IMG/VR virus record: IMGVR_UViG_3300049173_000078
Coordinates: 15,509-79,508 of that record
Reading direction: 5' to 3' (one strand)
Length of the DNA stretch: 64,000 nt
Source: a virus
The position numbers and the translations under genes are program-made. A model generated the notes under the pieces. It was not told where the DNA came from and did not search any database. It saw only the letters and a program-made list of their open reading frames with translations. The stretch's first letter is position 1, and each line of letters opens with the position of its first letter. Of the stretch, positions 63,451-64,000 are shown piece by piece.

Positions 63451-64000
63451 TCAGATTCCTTCCTGCTGCGGTGCAGCGCTTACGGTGACCGCGGCCTGTT
63501 CGTCGACCAGGGCCGCGAGTGCCTCGACCTCTGCGCGCACCTCGGCGCGCTGCTGCTGCCGCTCCTCCAGTGCAGCGGCGAAGGTGTCGAGGAACGTCGG
63601 GGACAGCAGCGCGGCGGCGAACGCGTCAACGTCCGGCGGCGGCTGCTCGTCGGGGCGCGCGTGCTCGGGCTCGGGCTCGACCTCCGGGGCGACGACCGGC
63701 GCGGCCTGGGCTTCGAGGTCGAGTGCTGCGGCGGCGGCCGTCAGCGCGAGGTTCGCCCGCTCGACGACGGCGGTCGCAGCGATGTGCGACGCGACGACGG
63801 CCGAGTACGACGGTTCGAGCGGCGAGGAGTGAGCGGGCACGGGCACGGTGAGCACGGCCTTGAGCTGCCACGCTCCGTCGCTGCCCTGCGTCATGTGATA
63901 GCTGGGTTGGCAGGCGCGGAAGACGTTCAAGTCCCACTCGGACAGCCACGGCGCCGCGGCACCCGAGAACCAGAGCCCGCCCTCGTTCTGACCCACGGTC
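63451..64000 (-). CDS. Capsid maturation protease, C-terminal part (partial)
   Basis: GQNEGGLWFSG...L.AVL.V; position upstream of the capsid gene; frame open to the window edge. Confidence 0.6.
   Translation of the reverse strand, partial: TVGQNEGGLWFSGAAAPWLSEWDLNVFRACQPSYHMTQGSDGAWQLKAVLTVPVPAHSSPLEPSYSAVVASHIAATAVVERANLALTAAAAALDLEAQAAPVVAPEVEPEPEHARPDEQPPPDVDAFAAALLSPTFLDTFAAALEERQQQRAEVRAEVEALAALVDEQAAVTVSAAPQQEGI

Larger units (their letters stand above)
1..64000. mobile_element. Temperate actinophage (Streptomyces-like siphovirus) genome, partial, in non-integrated (attP-intact) gene order
   Basis: Integrase, xis, repressor/cro, RecT/YqaJ, replication initiator, endolysin, tape measure, tail and capsid genes. 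No host housekeeping genes. Phage genes lie on both sides of the tRNA-like att core. Confidence 0.95.

Overview
The whole window (high GC, Streptomyces-like codon usage) is one temperate actinobacterial siphophage genome, truncated at both ends, with almost all genes on the minus strand. From left to right: early accessory genes with a C5 DNA methyltransferase that contains a nested second ORF and a Mom-like GNAT protein; a replication initiator with iterons and a helicase-loader-like gene; an Arr-like ADP-ribosyltransferase; HTH regulators and WhiB; RuvC, DnaQ, RecT and YqaJ recombination genes; a cro/repressor switch; two paralogous membrane genes; an intact attP (3' half of tRNA-Ile(CAU)) with tyrosine integrase and xis; an XRE-TPR accessory cassette; a lysis cassette; tail genes; an unusual array of Cys-rich, modular putative fibre or decoration genes; two capsid-type proteins; and the 3' end of the maturation protease. 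The most striking unexplained signals are (i) a -10 hexamer plus an 18-bp downstream element repeated 7 times before late genes, (ii) two giant repeat-scaffold proteins with variable passenger domains inserted at a fixed loop, next to four repeat-bounded paralogous cassettes, (iii) N-terminal Cys tags on many virion proteins, (iv) the dual-coded methyltransferase, and (v) a phased 10-bp operator at three promoters. All family assignments come from motif recognition by eye, not from database searches. Start codons were re-picked using RBS and stop/start overlaps.
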